Positions 1 through 9,053 are shown, counted from the first letter of the stretch. The stretch is 64,000 nt of DNA from a virus (IMGVR_UViG_3300046698_000540:1-64000), one strand, 5' to 3'. The notes: generated from the sequence alone by a model not told the origin. Made by a program: numbers and translations.

Positions 1-157
1 CACATGCGACCGCGACCACGTTGGAGTGGCCCGTCGAAATGGTCTGCGAGAGAGTCAAAGTGCCGCTCTGGACATTGCCGAACGAGTTGGACACGTCAAG
101 TGGCGTGACCTGCCCCCACGCCGAAGCACACGCAAAAAGAAAAAGAGCAAGTCGCAT
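1..157 (-). CDS. 5' part of a secreted-type protein (runs off the window)
   Basis: My translation: MRLALFLFACASAWGQVTPLDVSNSFGNVQSGTLTLSQ... The ATG overlaps the upstream stop (TGATG). Sec-type signal peptide ending AWG-Q. Confidence 0.7.
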   Translation of the reverse strand, partial: MRLALFLFACASAWGQVTPLDVSNSFGNVQSGTLTLSQTISTGHSNVVAVAC

Positions 158-2238
158 CACATTCCCCCCTGAACGGAGAACGTGACCCCTATCAGGTCAA
201 AGCCGGCAGTCATGCTGTTGGTGTTCGTGTCGATCGAAAGTTTCACCAATGTGCGATTGCCGGCGGCACACGTCGGGGTGATCGTGCCCGTTGTGACCAC
301 CCGCCCGCTCGCTGCTGTGCCAGTGACGTTGACCGTCGAAACCGCCGTCCAGCTCGGCGCGTCCACCGTCGCGGTCGAGACGCAAGCCCACGATGGCGTG
401 AGAATCGCCGCATGGGTAGAGTCGGTAGAGCGAGACTCGATCGAATACGCAATGGCTGAATTGGAGACGTACCCGGTCGGCAGCACAAACGACCACCAGG
501 CATAGTATGTGGACTGAGCCGTCGGCCACTCCAGCACGGCCGCTGGATCGGTTCCTCCGACGCTGGTGGCCGCCGGCGCGCTGCTGGCCGGGAGATTGGC
601 CGAGAACGCCGGCATGCCAGCATAATAGACGCCCTGGTACGCCCACGTCCACGTTCGCGTAGTACCTCCGCCACCGTTGACCAGAAGCCATCCGGCAGTA
701 GCCACAGAGGTGCAGGCTGGAGCTGCTGTGCCGCTCGGGGCATTGCAAACGTACTCATTGTGGGCTGTGGTGTCAGTGTAGAAATCACCCGGTAGGTTGG
801 TCGCAACACTCCCCGGCGCCGCGCTCCCGAAGAACTTTTGCGCCACCAAAGTCGTACCTGCGCTTGGCACGCGGGAGTTCGTCATCCGCGAATCGTCCCC
901 CGCCGCCACCGTCCCCGCCGTAGTCCCCACGTTCAGCAGCGCCGCGCCGCCAAATGAAGGCCAGGTCCCCGGTGCCCCGCTGATAGGCGCCTGAAATGCG
1001 GACGATGCTGAAAATGCCGCTGTACCAAAAGCATGATCGGCCCCGCCATGCCATACGTGCATACTGGTCGCCGTCGAATCATACCCGAACATGCTGGATG
1101 CGGATGCGGTGAATCCCGCGCCGCTCGGCACCTTCCACGTTGCTGCGCTGAAGTCCTGAAGCCCGGTCGTGAAGGTGTTGGCCTGTCCCGCTCCCACCAA
1201 CGCTCCCGTAGGTGCGGTCAAGGAGGTTCCCCACGCACTTGATCCGCCATACACCGCGATGCCCGCCCCGGCCGGCCAGGTCATGCTGCCGCCGCTGCCG
1301 TTTGCTATCCAGCTCCTCACGCCCAGAGTGGTCGATGAGAGGACGTAACCGCTGACCGATGGGTTGCCAAGCGCCGGCTCAAAGTCCGTAGCCGCGTGCG
1401 AAGACGCCGTGCCCAGCGTCGGCTTATTCGCGATACTCGCCCCGCCGCTGGCAGCGCTCCAGTCCACGTACTGCGAAGTTAGGCCCCCCGCCGTTCCGGA
1501 CGTGTTCTGATTAAACGTTGGCCAGTTCGTCAGTAGGGCCGCGCTCACCGCCGGCAGTTGGGCGCTCCCGTTAAGTTGCACCAGATTGTTCGCCGCCGTC
1601 CCAACCGTGTAAGACGATCCCCACGCGCTCCCAGTCGAGTTTGGCACGCCCGCGGCAGGGTAAACCATACCCCCGCCTCCGCCGCTCTGCGCAACCCAAC
1701 TCCGCGCACCTCCAGTAGTAGATGACAGCACGTACCCGCTCACGCTCGGATTTCCGAGCGCCGCTTCGAAATCCCCTGCCGCGTGTGTAGATGCCGTTCC
1801 GAGCGTCGGCCAGGTCCCCGGCGCTCCCGAGATGGCCGTCTGGAAGTAGCTCGCCGCGTGGGTTCCCCACGTCCCCGTCCAGTCGCCGCTCGTGGTCGGC
1901 GGAAACGTCGATGGGTAGCCCGTCAGGCCAGAGATCGTGGAGTAGTTGGCCAGCGCCGTCTGTTTGCCGCTCAGGGCGCTGGCCAGGTCCGTCTGGTTGC
2001 TCAGCGTGCCGGTGATTGATCCCCATGCGCCTCCACCCCCCGTCGCCATTAGTACCCAGCCGCTGTTCACACATTGGTACATGCCGACTGCAGGAACAAA
2101 ATAAAACGGATAGAGGCCAACCGAAGAACACGTGGCTGGCAAAGAGTTCCCGCCCCGTGTGTACAAAACACGAGACACTGGTTGCGCGAACAAAACGCTC
2201 CAGGCCACCAAGATCAACCCCAAAATTCGTTTACTCAT
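157..2238 (-). CDS. Gly/Ser/Thr-rich tail-fibre-like protein with N-terminal signal peptide
   Basis: Likely start MSKRILGLILVAWSVLFA-Q. Fibre-type motifs WGSITGTLSNQTDL and VGTTAGTVAAGDDSR. Internal ~50-aa duplication (TLGTAS.HAA.DFE.ALGNPSVSGYVLSSTT). Confidence 0.6.
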   Translation of the reverse strand: MSKRILGLILVAWSVLFAQPVSRVLYTRGGNSLPATCSSVGLYPFYFVPAVGMYQCVNSGWVLMATGGGGAWGSITGTLSNQTDLASALSGKQTALANYSTISGLTGYPSTFPPTTSGDWTGTWGTHAASYFQTAISGAPGTWPTLGTASTHAAGDFEAALGNPSVSGYVLSSTTGGARSWVAQSGGGGGMVYPAAGVPNSTGSAWGSSYTVGTAANNLVQLNGSAQLPAVSAALLTNWPTFNQNTSGTAGGLTSQYVDWSAASGGASIANKPTLGTASSHAATDFEPALGNPSVSGYVLSSTTLGVRSWIANGSGGSMTWPAGAGIAVYGGSSAWGTSLTAPTGALVGAGQANTFTTGLQDFSAATWKVPSGAGFTASASSMFGYDSTATSMHVWHGGADHAFGTAAFSASSAFQAPISGAPGTWPSFGGAALLNVGTTAGTVAAGDDSRMTNSRVPSAGTTLVAQKFFGSAAPGSVATNLPGDFYTDTTAHNEYVCNAPSGTAAPACTSVATAGWLLVNGGGGTTRTWTWAYQGVYYAGMPAFSANLPASSAPAATSVGGTDPAAVLEWPTAQSTYYAWWSFVLPTGYVSNSAIAYSIESRSTDSTHAAILTPSWACVSTATVDAPSWTAVSTVNVTGTAASGRVVTTGTITPTCAAGNRTLVKLSIDTNTNSMTAGFDLIGVTFSVQGGM

Positions 2239-2545
2239 AGTAGTACACCAGCGGTTGGCTCCCTGCTCCTTTGATGAAGAAAATCTGCTCGCCGGGCCCC
2301 AATCCCGCCAAAGGCTTGCTGCTCGACATTTCGAACACAAAGGACGATTGTGCCTCCACCGTGTCTACTGAGCTGGCATCGCTCGTATCCGTGCACACGT
2401 AGATCAAATTGGAGCCGTCCAAGTTCCTCAAGACGATCTTGTGGCATTGATTCATGGAAGCCGGCGGGCACACTGGCGACCAGTTGATATTGTTCATTCC
2501 CGTAAACACGAGAATCTGAAACCTGCGCGGTGCTACTTGTCCCAT
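2231..2545 (-). CDS. hypothetical small beta-rich protein
   Basis: 104-aa ORF tightly coupled to its neighbours. Confidence 0.6.
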   Translation of the reverse strand: MGQVAPRRFQILVFTGMNNINWSPVCPPASMNQCHKIVLRNLDGSNLIYVCTDTSDASSVDTVEAQSSFVFEMSSSKPLAGLGPGEQIFFIKGAGSQPLVYYYE

Positions 2546-2949
2546 CAGGTCCTCCTACTGAACACTCTACCCCAATTTCCGGTCTGTTTCTGCTCCTTGC
2601 CGGCGTTTTTTGTCACGTGAAGACTCGACACGCGCCGGGCGCCTTCCTCCCGCAGGGATATGACCGGTTTCCCTTGGTGAAGAGCATGCTGCGCTTCGGA
2701 AAAAACGCCGGCCGTAACGTGGCCACGGGCGGGCTCGTCAAGCACCACAGCGTCCACCTGGTCCACAATCTTGAAGAATGGTTCCATGCTGTGGGCTTTG
2801 GCAGCATCCTCGCGGCACTCCCTACGAGAAACGATTCGAATTTCCGCACCTGGGAACATGAGGGCTACCCGGCGCAAATTTTCGCGATCGCGGGGAGTGC
2901 CCATCGTCTCGCGGGAGCGCGCGTAGTAGACAGATTTAACCCCAGGCAT
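2545..2949 (-). CDS. nucleoside 2-deoxyribosyltransferase-like (NDT/DUF4406-type) protein
   Basis: VYYARS ... VDAVVL ... TAGVFSEAQHALHQGKPV matches the NDT-like G(V)xxExxxAxxxGKPV signature. Confidence 0.55.
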   Translation of the reverse strand: MPGVKSVYYARSRETMGTPRDRENLRRVALMFPGAEIRIVSRRECREDAAKAHSMEPFFKIVDQVDAVVLDEPARGHVTAGVFSEAQHALHQGKPVISLREEGARRVSSLHVTKNAGKEQKQTGNWGRVFSRRT

Positions 2950-2979
2950 GCTTTCAACAATACTTGTAGCCGAGCAACC

Positions 2980-3156
2980 CTAGTGAAGCAACTTCACAAT
3001 GGTCGGCCACACGATGTAAAGAGCGAGAAGGAACATGGCCCAGTAGAACGCGGACCAATTATTCCAGGGAGCAACACCTGGTCCTCTCCACCACCAGGAC
3101 TGCCCAAGCGCGGCGAAGAAAAACAGCAGTAGACAGGCAACTGCGACTAACGGCAT
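2980..3156 (-). CDS. 58-aa two-TM membrane protein (holin candidate); absent from the ORF track
   Basis: MPLVAVACLLLFFFAALGQSWWWRGPGVAPWNNWSAFYWAMFLLALYIVWPTIVKLLH, preceded by SD GAGGTG. Confidence 0.6.
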   Translation of the reverse strand: MPLVAVACLLLFFFAALGQSWWWRGPGVAPWNNWSAFYWAMFLLALYIVWPTIVKLLH

Positions 3157-3188
3157 AATGCACCTCGACTCAAGTATAGGCCTTTGTT

Positions 3189-3479
3189 CTATCGGCCGTA
3201 GCCTGCGTGTCCCCCCGGCCGGCCGCTTCCAAAATCAGGACCACCACCCAAGACCTGCCGATCCGCCGCGGTGAACTGACGGTTCAGCGTGGATTCAGGC
3301 GCCGCAAAGGAGCCTGGGTCGATGACCGGATTGATGCGCTCGTGCTTCTCCTCTATCCGGTCGAAAATGTCTTCAATACTCTCGCCCACAAGCTGTTCAC
3401 CTGTGGCCCAAGGATGTTCGATGTCGTGTTGCACTTCCGCTCCTTTCAGCGGGGCGCCCCCGGAGGAGAGGCGCCCCAT
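3189..3479 (-). CDS. small protein with partial C-terminal PGGHAGYGR tag
   Basis: Ends ...GRPGGHAGYGR, like four head-region proteins. Confidence 0.7.
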   Translation of the reverse strand: MGRLSSGGAPLKGAEVQHDIEHPWATGEQLVGESIEDIFDRIEEKHERINPVIDPGSFAAPESTLNRQFTAADRQVLGGGPDFGSGRPGGHAGYGR

Positions 3480-3568
3480 CAGGGGCCTACCATATCCGGC
3501 TGCTGTTCAGGCCCTGATTCCTCCCGCAGAGCGTCCTCTACAGGGACCGGAAGAATCCTGCTACTCCT

Positions 3569-4360
3569 TCAGCGTACCGCAAGATCCTTATGCATTTGCG
3601 CCATGAACCGAACTTCCTCAAAACCCAGCGCAAGAACTTTTTTCCAATTCTCGCACTCCACATATTTCCGCATGACCTCTTTGAAGGCTGGCTTGCCACT
3701 GAACCACTCTGCTTGGAAATACAAAGGGATCGTTCTTCGCCGGTCCTCTGGGACATTGCGCTCGCACCAGGAGAGAATCGCTTCGAACATCTGCAAGGAT
3801 TCCACGACGAACTTGAGATGCATAGGCACCGAGGATGAAATCCACTTCTTGACCTCCTTCTCTCCATGCGCGGAAATTTTCGCCGCGGCAGTGCCCTCGG
3901 TGAAGTTGAGAAGCTGGCCCGTGGTCTCAAACTTTGGAGACATGGACAGGTACACTCGGTACTTCATCCCGGCCAGGTCGGGGACGAAGATGGCGCCGTT
4001 CGTCTCGATCGTGATGAGCCTTTCTTGATTGTTCCTGTGGGCGGCGTACTCGAAATCTTGCTGAATTCTGTCCTGCTCCCGGACCAAACCAATAATCTCC
4101 ATCAGGTGGTTCGCCTGCAAGGTGGGCTCGCCGCCAGTGAAGCACGCCGGCACCTGGATGGCGTGGCGCGTAATCAGCTCCGCGATCTCTTCGTTGGCCA
4201 TTTCGTAAAAGCGGAATTGAGGCCTGTCGGAAAGCGTGGAAGGGGAATCGCACCATGCGCAGCTCAAATTACAGGTTGCGAAACGAACGAACTGCATGGG
4301 CACTCCGGCGTACTTCCCCTCTCCTTGAAGCGAAAAAAAAGTTTCATTCAATGTCGCCAC
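3569..4360 (-). CDS. queE: 7-carboxy-7-deazaguanine synthase (radical SAM)
   Basis: [26 protein letters not shown] (CxxxCxxC), FTGGEP, IETNG, SPK, QMHK. Confidence 0.93.
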   Translation of the reverse strand: MATLNETFFSLQGEGKYAGVPMQFVRFATCNLSCAWCDSPSTLSDRPQFRFYEMANEEIAELITRHAIQVPACFTGGEPTLQANHLMEIIGLVREQDRIQQDFEYAAHRNNQERLITIETNGAIFVPDLAGMKYRVYLSMSPKFETTGQLLNFTEGTAAAKISAHGEKEVKKWISSSVPMHLKFVVESLQMFEAILSWCERNVPEDRRRTIPLYFQAEWFSGKPAFKEVMRKYVECENWKKVLALGFEEVRFMAQMHKDLAVR

Positions 4361-5141
4361 TTTTTTCCTCCCGCACGTTCACTGCGGTCGTCACCGTGAT
4401 ATCCTGTCCACTGGCCGTGTCCACACCTACAACCAGGTTTGCATCTTCCACCACAGCCGCAATTTCAGCCAGGCCAGGTGAAATTGCAAGCCTGCCAGAC
4501 ATTCCGCTTTTTTCACGATTCTGCTTCTCCTGGGAATACCTCTCCCACGCTTGCCGATTCCTTTCAAAGCGATCTGCATACTTGAGCTGCGCCGGCGACC
4601 GCGTGTCCACGATGTCTTCCTGAAGAGAAACCATCTCGATGCGGAATTCTCCCGGCCGCCAGGTGTATTTGCCTTCCCAATCATGCTTTTCTTGAAGGAG
4701 CTTTTCAATATCTGGGAACTCCGCGGAATTTGCCGCCTTCAACATCCGGATTTTCTTCGCGTCCGGCTTGGTAATAACGAGCTGCATCCAAGGCCAGTTG
4801 GGATCGTAGACCAGGACGTCGCCGCCCATCGCGGCGCCTGGCCACACGATCGTCTTGGTGTTCTCGAACACGCCGTCGATGAAGCGCCAGTTGCGGCACA
4901 CCATCACGTCCACGCCGGACATGTTTGGTGCCCGCTGGAAATTCTCTGGATGCTTGGTGAATCCACTGCCTAGCGCCAAGGCCAGCGTGTGCTTGAACTT
5001 GTACTCGCCCCTTGCCGGCACGCGCGGCATCCCGGCCAGTTCTTCTGTGTTCGGAGGCCTATAGGGCACCAGCACCTTGCACGTCTCCGCTGGCAGCACC
5101 TCCGAGGCGTACAGCACGGTCATGAATTTCGCGCTGTCCAT
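4344..5141 (-). CDS. hypothetical protein
   Basis: 265-aa ORF coupled to queE; no recognised motif. Confidence 0.7.
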   Translation of the reverse strand: MDSAKFMTVLYASEVLPAETCKVLVPYRPPNTEELAGMPRVPARGEYKFKHTLALALGSGFTKHPENFQRAPNMSGVDVMVCRNWRFIDGVFENTKTIVWPGAAMGGDVLVYDPNWPWMQLVITKPDAKKIRMLKAANSAEFPDIEKLLQEKHDWEGKYTWRPGEFRIEMVSLQEDIVDTRSPAQLKYADRFERNRQAWERYSQEKQNREKSGMSGRLAISPGLAEIAAVVEDANLVVGVDTASGQDITVTTAVNVREEKSGDIE

Positions 5142-5144
5142 GGT

Positions 5145-5597
5145 TCATCCTTCAGGCGGTGTTCCCAACTGCAAGTAGTTCAACAGCGGAGCGTCTGCGT
5201 CCGTGACTTTGGTCCATCGCTGGACGTTGGCCAGATAACCAACCGTGTCATTCTCGTTCGCCGGCGCCCAACTGGTGACGAGCGCGCGAAGGCTATCTCC
5301 CCGCGCGATGTCCGCCCAAAGCTGGCGGTAGCCCGCTGCGATGCCGTGAGCTAGCGTGTCGTACCGGGCGATCGCGTGAACCTTTTGTGAGGGCTCCACC
5401 GCTTTCATTGGCCAGCACAACGCTGGAACATTGCCCCCTGTTGCCCCACACCTTGGGCAGGCAGCCCCTATCTGCCCGGCGTAGCGCAAATCCAACGGAT
5501 TGTTCTGGAGCTTCGGCACGTCCTGGCCTGGGGCATATTCTCCTTCCTGGCGCGCAATCGCCGTGAACAGGATATCCACGAAGTCGTTAGACGGCAT
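5145..5597 (-). CDS. lysozyme-fold cell-wall hydrolase / endolysin candidate
   Basis: AIARQEG ... NNPLDL ... YDTLAHGIAAG ... SWAPANENDTVGY resembles the NNPGN/WAPxxENDT phage muramidase-like family. Confidence 0.7.
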   Translation of the reverse strand: MPSNDFVDILFTAIARQEGEYAPGQDVPKLQNNPLDLRYAGQIGAACPRCGATGGNVPALCWPMKAVEPSQKVHAIARYDTLAHGIAAGYRQLWADIARGDSLRALVTSWAPANENDTVGYLANVQRWTKVTDADAPLLNYLQLGTPPEG

Positions 5598-5868
5598 TGG
5601 GGCTCCCGTCATCTTTCCGGTACTTACCGTCTGACCGCGGCGCCAATACCACCAAATGCTCAAGCCCAATCAGAGTCCTGCCGGGCTGCGGCATGAAATC
5701 GTCGCGCTCCACCACGCACTCGATTGGCCGTACACCGTACAGCTTCATCAATGCGGCGGCCGGGATGAAGTGCTTCTGACCATCTGCCTGGCTGATAACG
5801 GGCCCAGGCCGCACCACGTACTTTTTCTGGAATTTTTTCGTGTCTTCAACCTTGGTTGGCATGTTCAC
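5587..5868 (-). CDS. hypothetical protein
   Basis: ORF with SD GAGGTGA, coupled to queD. Confidence 0.65.
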   Translation of the reverse strand: MNMPTKVEDTKKFQKKYVVRPGPVISQADGQKHFIPAAALMKLYGVRPIECVVERDDFMPQPGRTLIGLEHLVVLAPRSDGKYRKDDGSPNAV

Positions 5869-6326
5869 CTCAAACTATACTGCACCGAAGCCCAGGTGCT
5901 CCCGGTCTCGCTCACAGCCACTTCCAGCACACGCGCCGCGGGATTTTCTTCCGCCACCTTCGCCTGGAGGGTGTCTAGGAGGATTGATCCGAATACCTCG
6001 GCCGTCGTCTGATCGAAGAAATCGTTCAGGTTGTGGTGGTCGTACTGGTCCAGAATCGCCTTGACGTGCGTGAAGTCGATCACCATGCCCTCTTTGTTCA
6101 ACTTATCGGCCACAATCACCACGCGGATCCGGTAAGTGTGGCCATGCGGCTCGTTGCACTTCGACTTGTAGGGCAGCTTCAACTGATGCGCGCAGTCGAT
6201 CGACTCGTTGATGGTCACTGCGTACTTGTAGGGGCTCACTCCTGCCATAGGCAGCCCAGCGTTCAAAATGCTAAGCGGAGGAACACCTTGCCCCGGTTTT
6301 TTTGAGTCAAACGGAATTCCTGCCAT
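5865..6326 (-). CDS. queD: 6-carboxytetrahydropterin synthase
   Basis: CAHQL ... CNEPHGHTY ... GMVIDF ... DHHNLND ... TTAE ... VSET. Confidence 0.93.
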   Translation of the reverse strand: MAGIPFDSKKPGQGVPPLSILNAGLPMAGVSPYKYAVTINESIDCAHQLKLPYKSKCNEPHGHTYRIRVVIVADKLNKEGMVIDFTHVKAILDQYDHHNLNDFFDQTTAEVFGSILLDTLQAKVAEENPAARVLEVAVSETGSTWASVQYSLR

Positions 6327-6340
6327 GAATCACCTCCAAA

Positions 6341-6649
6341 TTATTGCGTTCTGTAATCTATATTCAATACATCCCCAGGCTGCAGCCCGCCGTATTTTGG
6401 CACAAACGTGATCGTAGCTCCGGACACTGTGTAATCAATACCTGGAGTCTGCCTCAGACCATTCCGGTATACCAACTGTGTGCCTGCCACCAAAGGATGT
6501 TTCAAATTGACGCTAGTCCCGTGGAGGGTGCTCCCCAAAACAGTGAATTCGTTATAAACCCACACCACAGGCACAGCCTGCCCATGTGAACCCCAGGTGA
6601 AAGCCAAAAAGCACAGTAAAAACGCAAGGGAAACTCCAACCGCTTTCAT
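6341..6649 (-). CDS. signal-peptide protein with a phage fibre/baseplate-type beta module
   Basis: MKAVGVSLAFLLCFLAFTWGSHG-Q then VYRNGLRQTPGIDYTVSGATITF ... GDVLNIDY. Confidence 0.65.
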   Translation of the reverse strand: MKAVGVSLAFLLCFLAFTWGSHGQAVPVVWVYNEFTVLGSTLHGTSVNLKHPLVAGTQLVYRNGLRQTPGIDYTVSGATITFVPKYGGLQPGDVLNIDYRTQ

Positions 6650-6650
6650 T

Positions 6651-7142
6651 CTACTTTCTCCCAAGGAATTGAAGCCGCTTGACGGCCGCGCCCGCCTTCA
6701 GCCTCCCGATCACATCCATCATGGATTCTCGCGGCCATTCGTGCATAAGCCGGATCAAGCTCCTGAACTCTCCATCCGTCATCTCCCCCTTCGCCAGATT
6801 GGCCGAACGGGAGCACACGATCAGGTTGTCGAAGCTGGAAACGCTGCCGCCGCGGTGGACTGGCATTGCATGATCGATCGAGAAGTTCCTGACGGTGAGT
6901 TTTTCTTCAGGCAGGTAGGGGCACACCCTCAAATCGTTGAGCGCGGTCTTGATCCGGCCACGGAGTTGCTCCAGCGTAAACGGCAGAATCGCCTTGCTCT
7001 GAATCCCGCGTATTTCCGCATCCCGCCTCTCCAGATTCCGATAAGCATGGTAGGAGCGGCGCATAAAGATCTGATGCCGGCGTTTTTCCAACACACCGGG
7101 CTTTTTTGCCAGCGCGTCCGCGCGAGGCGTGGGGTGTGCCAT
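6651..7142 (-). CDS. HNH endonuclease
   Basis: CPY ... SIDHAMPVHRGG ... NLIVCSRSANLAKG. Confidence 0.8.
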   Translation of the reverse strand: MAHPTPRADALAKKPGVLEKRRHQIFMRRSYHAYRNLERRDAEIRGIQSKAILPFTLEQLRGRIKTALNDLRVCPYLPEEKLTVRNFSIDHAMPVHRGGSVSSFDNLIVCSRSANLAKGEMTDGEFRSLIRLMHEWPRESMMDVIGRLKAGAAVKRLQFLGRK

Positions 7143-7168
7143 CTCGACCTTCTTTCTAATCGGCTTGA

Positions 7169-7489
7169 CTAAACCACGTAAGATTCCAAAACGATAGCGC
7201 TCCAGGTATCTCGCTGGTGCTCTTCCGGGATTTCCTCCCGCTTCGCGTCTTCGGGAATGGGCCGGTCAGTGAAGAAAATCTTCCACCGAACCTCCATGCC
7301 GACCGGAGCGAGATACTGGAGGGAACACGCCGAAGCCTTAACCATCTGGTTTATGGCACCGGCGCCTATGGCGACCATGCGAACTATTTTTCCGCGCTGA
7401 ATGTGCTTGGCGATTGACGCCGCCAGGTTCTTGACGTTCGTCGTCCTGGAGATCTGCATCTGTGCGATGTTGCCCTGCTCGACTGCCAT
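7169..7489 (-). CDS. SpoVS-family (Alba-like) protein
   Basis: ISRTTNVKNLAASIA ... AIGAGAINQMVKA ... YLAPVG matches SpoVS. Confidence 0.8.
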   Translation of the reverse strand: MAVEQGNIAQMQISRTTNVKNLAASIAKHIQRGKIVRMVAIGAGAINQMVKASACSLQYLAPVGMEVRWKIFFTDRPIPEDAKREEIPEEHQRDTWSAIVLESYVV

Positions 7490-7497
7490 TGTCGGTC

Positions 7498-8037
7498 CTA
7501 TTCCGCGGATACCTCCCTGGTGGAGACTACCCGACTGATCGTTGCATAATTGGCAGCACAATTGCTGCGTATAGCGTCAATCAGATTATAGACCGATTGC
7601 AGATGGTCTGTGCGGTTCTGGTGGAGCTGAGCATCGGGGTGCATTCTGGCGCGCGCCTTTTTTTCGGTTATCGTGCCTCCGGAAACCGTGGAAAGACGGG
7701 CATCCACGAGCTTATCCACCTGGCGTTTGTGCGCCTCCAAATCGTTCCAAACCAGAGTGGCCTGCTCGTTGGCGTAGGACTGCATGGCCGTCCAGTACCC
7801 TAATTCGTCGGCCAGATCGTCGGAACCCATCGAAGAAAGATTCGCCGGCAAGGTCCTGAACGAGGCAGGATCGTCCTTGTTGACAGGCTTTGGAAACGAA
7901 GGAAACCCATGCTTCAGAACAGAATCATACGCCTTGCGGCCTTCTTCGGTGGTGGGCGCCAGCGGAGGCTCGGGCGCTTGTTTCCTCAGTTCTGGAATTG
8001 GGTTATCCCCAGGCTTAAACGGAACTCTTTTTGCCAC
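7498..8037 (-). CDS. UvsY-like recombination mediator (tentative)
   Basis: Helical protein with TITEKKARARMHPD motif, in the RecA module. GTG start after AGGTGAAC. Confidence 0.45.
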   Translation of the reverse strand: MAKRVPFKPGDNPIPELRKQAPEPPLAPTTEEGRKAYDSVLKHGFPSFPKPVNKDDPASFRTLPANLSSMGSDDLADELGYWTAMQSYANEQATLVWNDLEAHKRQVDKLVDARLSTVSGGTITEKKARARMHPDAQLHQNRTDHLQSVYNLIDAIRSNCAANYATISRVVSTREVSAE

Positions 8038-8045
8038 GTTCACCT

Positions 8046-8939
8046 TCACTTGATCTGTACCAGCTTGGAATATGTGCTGGTAGCGAAGCATGTATTCACC
8101 CAAGGACATTCTTGTGCCCGTTGCACCACTCCCGAGCGGCAAATTCTTTCGGGCAGCCGCTTATCCTTGTGAGCCCGATCAATGTCCACCAGAATCTTTC
8201 GGAACTGGGCCCACTGATCGAGATCCAACCTCAGCACGATCTCCTTCACCAGTTGGGTGTTCTTGCACTCATAAATCAGGTGGCAGGCCTTCAGGTCCAA
8301 TCCCGCCATGTAGACGGTCATCTGGACAGCGTGCTCCGACTGCGGCTCGCTGTGAAGCATCCTCCAGTACTCATCCTTGATGGACTTGATGTCCACCAGA
8401 ACAGGCTCTCCAGCAAACCTCCACTGGCCGCCATTCGACAAAACTTTGAATACGAAACCACCGCTACTCGTGAACTTCGGTGTGCCTTCTTCGTAGTACT
8501 CCAGCTCAACCTTGTTGACCGCCTCAGGGTACACAATGGCATCGGCGTGCCCCAAGACGCCCAACTCTGGATCGTGAACTGGAACCTCCCACCCAACACC
8601 CTTCAACGGATTACAAATTCCCGCTTGAATGAGATAGGCTTGCCAACGGCGATGAACCCATTGGCCGTTGTCCACGATGCGAAAAAATCGCGGGCTGAAA
8701 TCTTCGTGAAGCAACTCTTTCGGCCACTTCTCTATGGGAGCGAACCGCGTGAAAAAAAGCTCCCGCGGACAGATATGCTCCCACCCCTTCTTCCAAGGAA
8801 CCATGGAGGAGGGGTGCAGCCACCCCTCCACTTCCGTGGTCGCCTCGTTGCGCTGAAGCAGCATCCGGTCAACACGAGAAAGAATCGCGTCTCCGGAGGA
8901 TGCCTTGAGCGAATCTATAATCGTTTTTAAGCCTGGCAT
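8046..8939 (-). CDS. Cas4-like PD-(D/E)XK exonuclease
   Basis: HPSS ... ICPR ... GHADAI ... VDIKS ... QMTVYM ... C..CPW...C (1+3 Cys arrangement). Confidence 0.8.
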   Translation of the reverse strand: MPGLKTIIDSLKASSGDAILSRVDRMLLQRNEATTEVEGWLHPSSMVPWKKGWEHICPRELFFTRFAPIEKWPKELLHEDFSPRFFRIVDNGQWVHRRWQAYLIQAGICNPLKGVGWEVPVHDPELGVLGHADAIVYPEAVNKVELEYYEEGTPKFTSSGGFVFKVLSNGGQWRFAGEPVLVDIKSIKDEYWRMLHSEPQSEHAVQMTVYMAGLDLKACHLIYECKNTQLVKEIVLRLDLDQWAQFRKILVDIDRAHKDKRLPERICRSGVVQRAQECPWVNTCFATSTYSKLVQIK

Positions 8940-8945
8940 TTTGGA

Positions 8946-9047
8946 AAGAGCGGCCAAGACAGAGCAGCGGAAATTAGCGATCCACTTCCCAGATCAAACG
9001 TACAGATCTTGCTTCAATGGGGCCGCTGCTCTGTCTTGACCGCTCTT
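8946..9047 (-). CRISPR. permuted single-spacer crRNA-like element 1 (type I-G/I-U-like half repeats)
   Basis: Minus strand: AAGAGCGGTCAAGACAGAGCAGCGG-CCCCATTGAAGC-[36-nt spacer 9010..8975]-ATTT-CCGCTGCTCTGTCTTGGCCGCTCTT. Confidence 0.75.
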
Positions 9048-9053
9048 ACTCCT

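Noticed and set aside
6668-6675. Another ATTGAAGC word
   Set aside because: Inside the HNH coding region, on the opposite strand, without CCCC, stem arms or a downstream ATTTCCGC.
8046-8939. Cas4-like gene as part of a cas operon
   Set aside because: No cas1/2/3/5/6/7/8 is visible, and solo Cas4-like nucleases are common in phage recombination modules.
8946-9047. Conventional CRISPR array or simple terminator
   Set aside because: No complete repeat and no tandem repeats; the loop is over 50 nt and carries handle sequence shared with a second locus.
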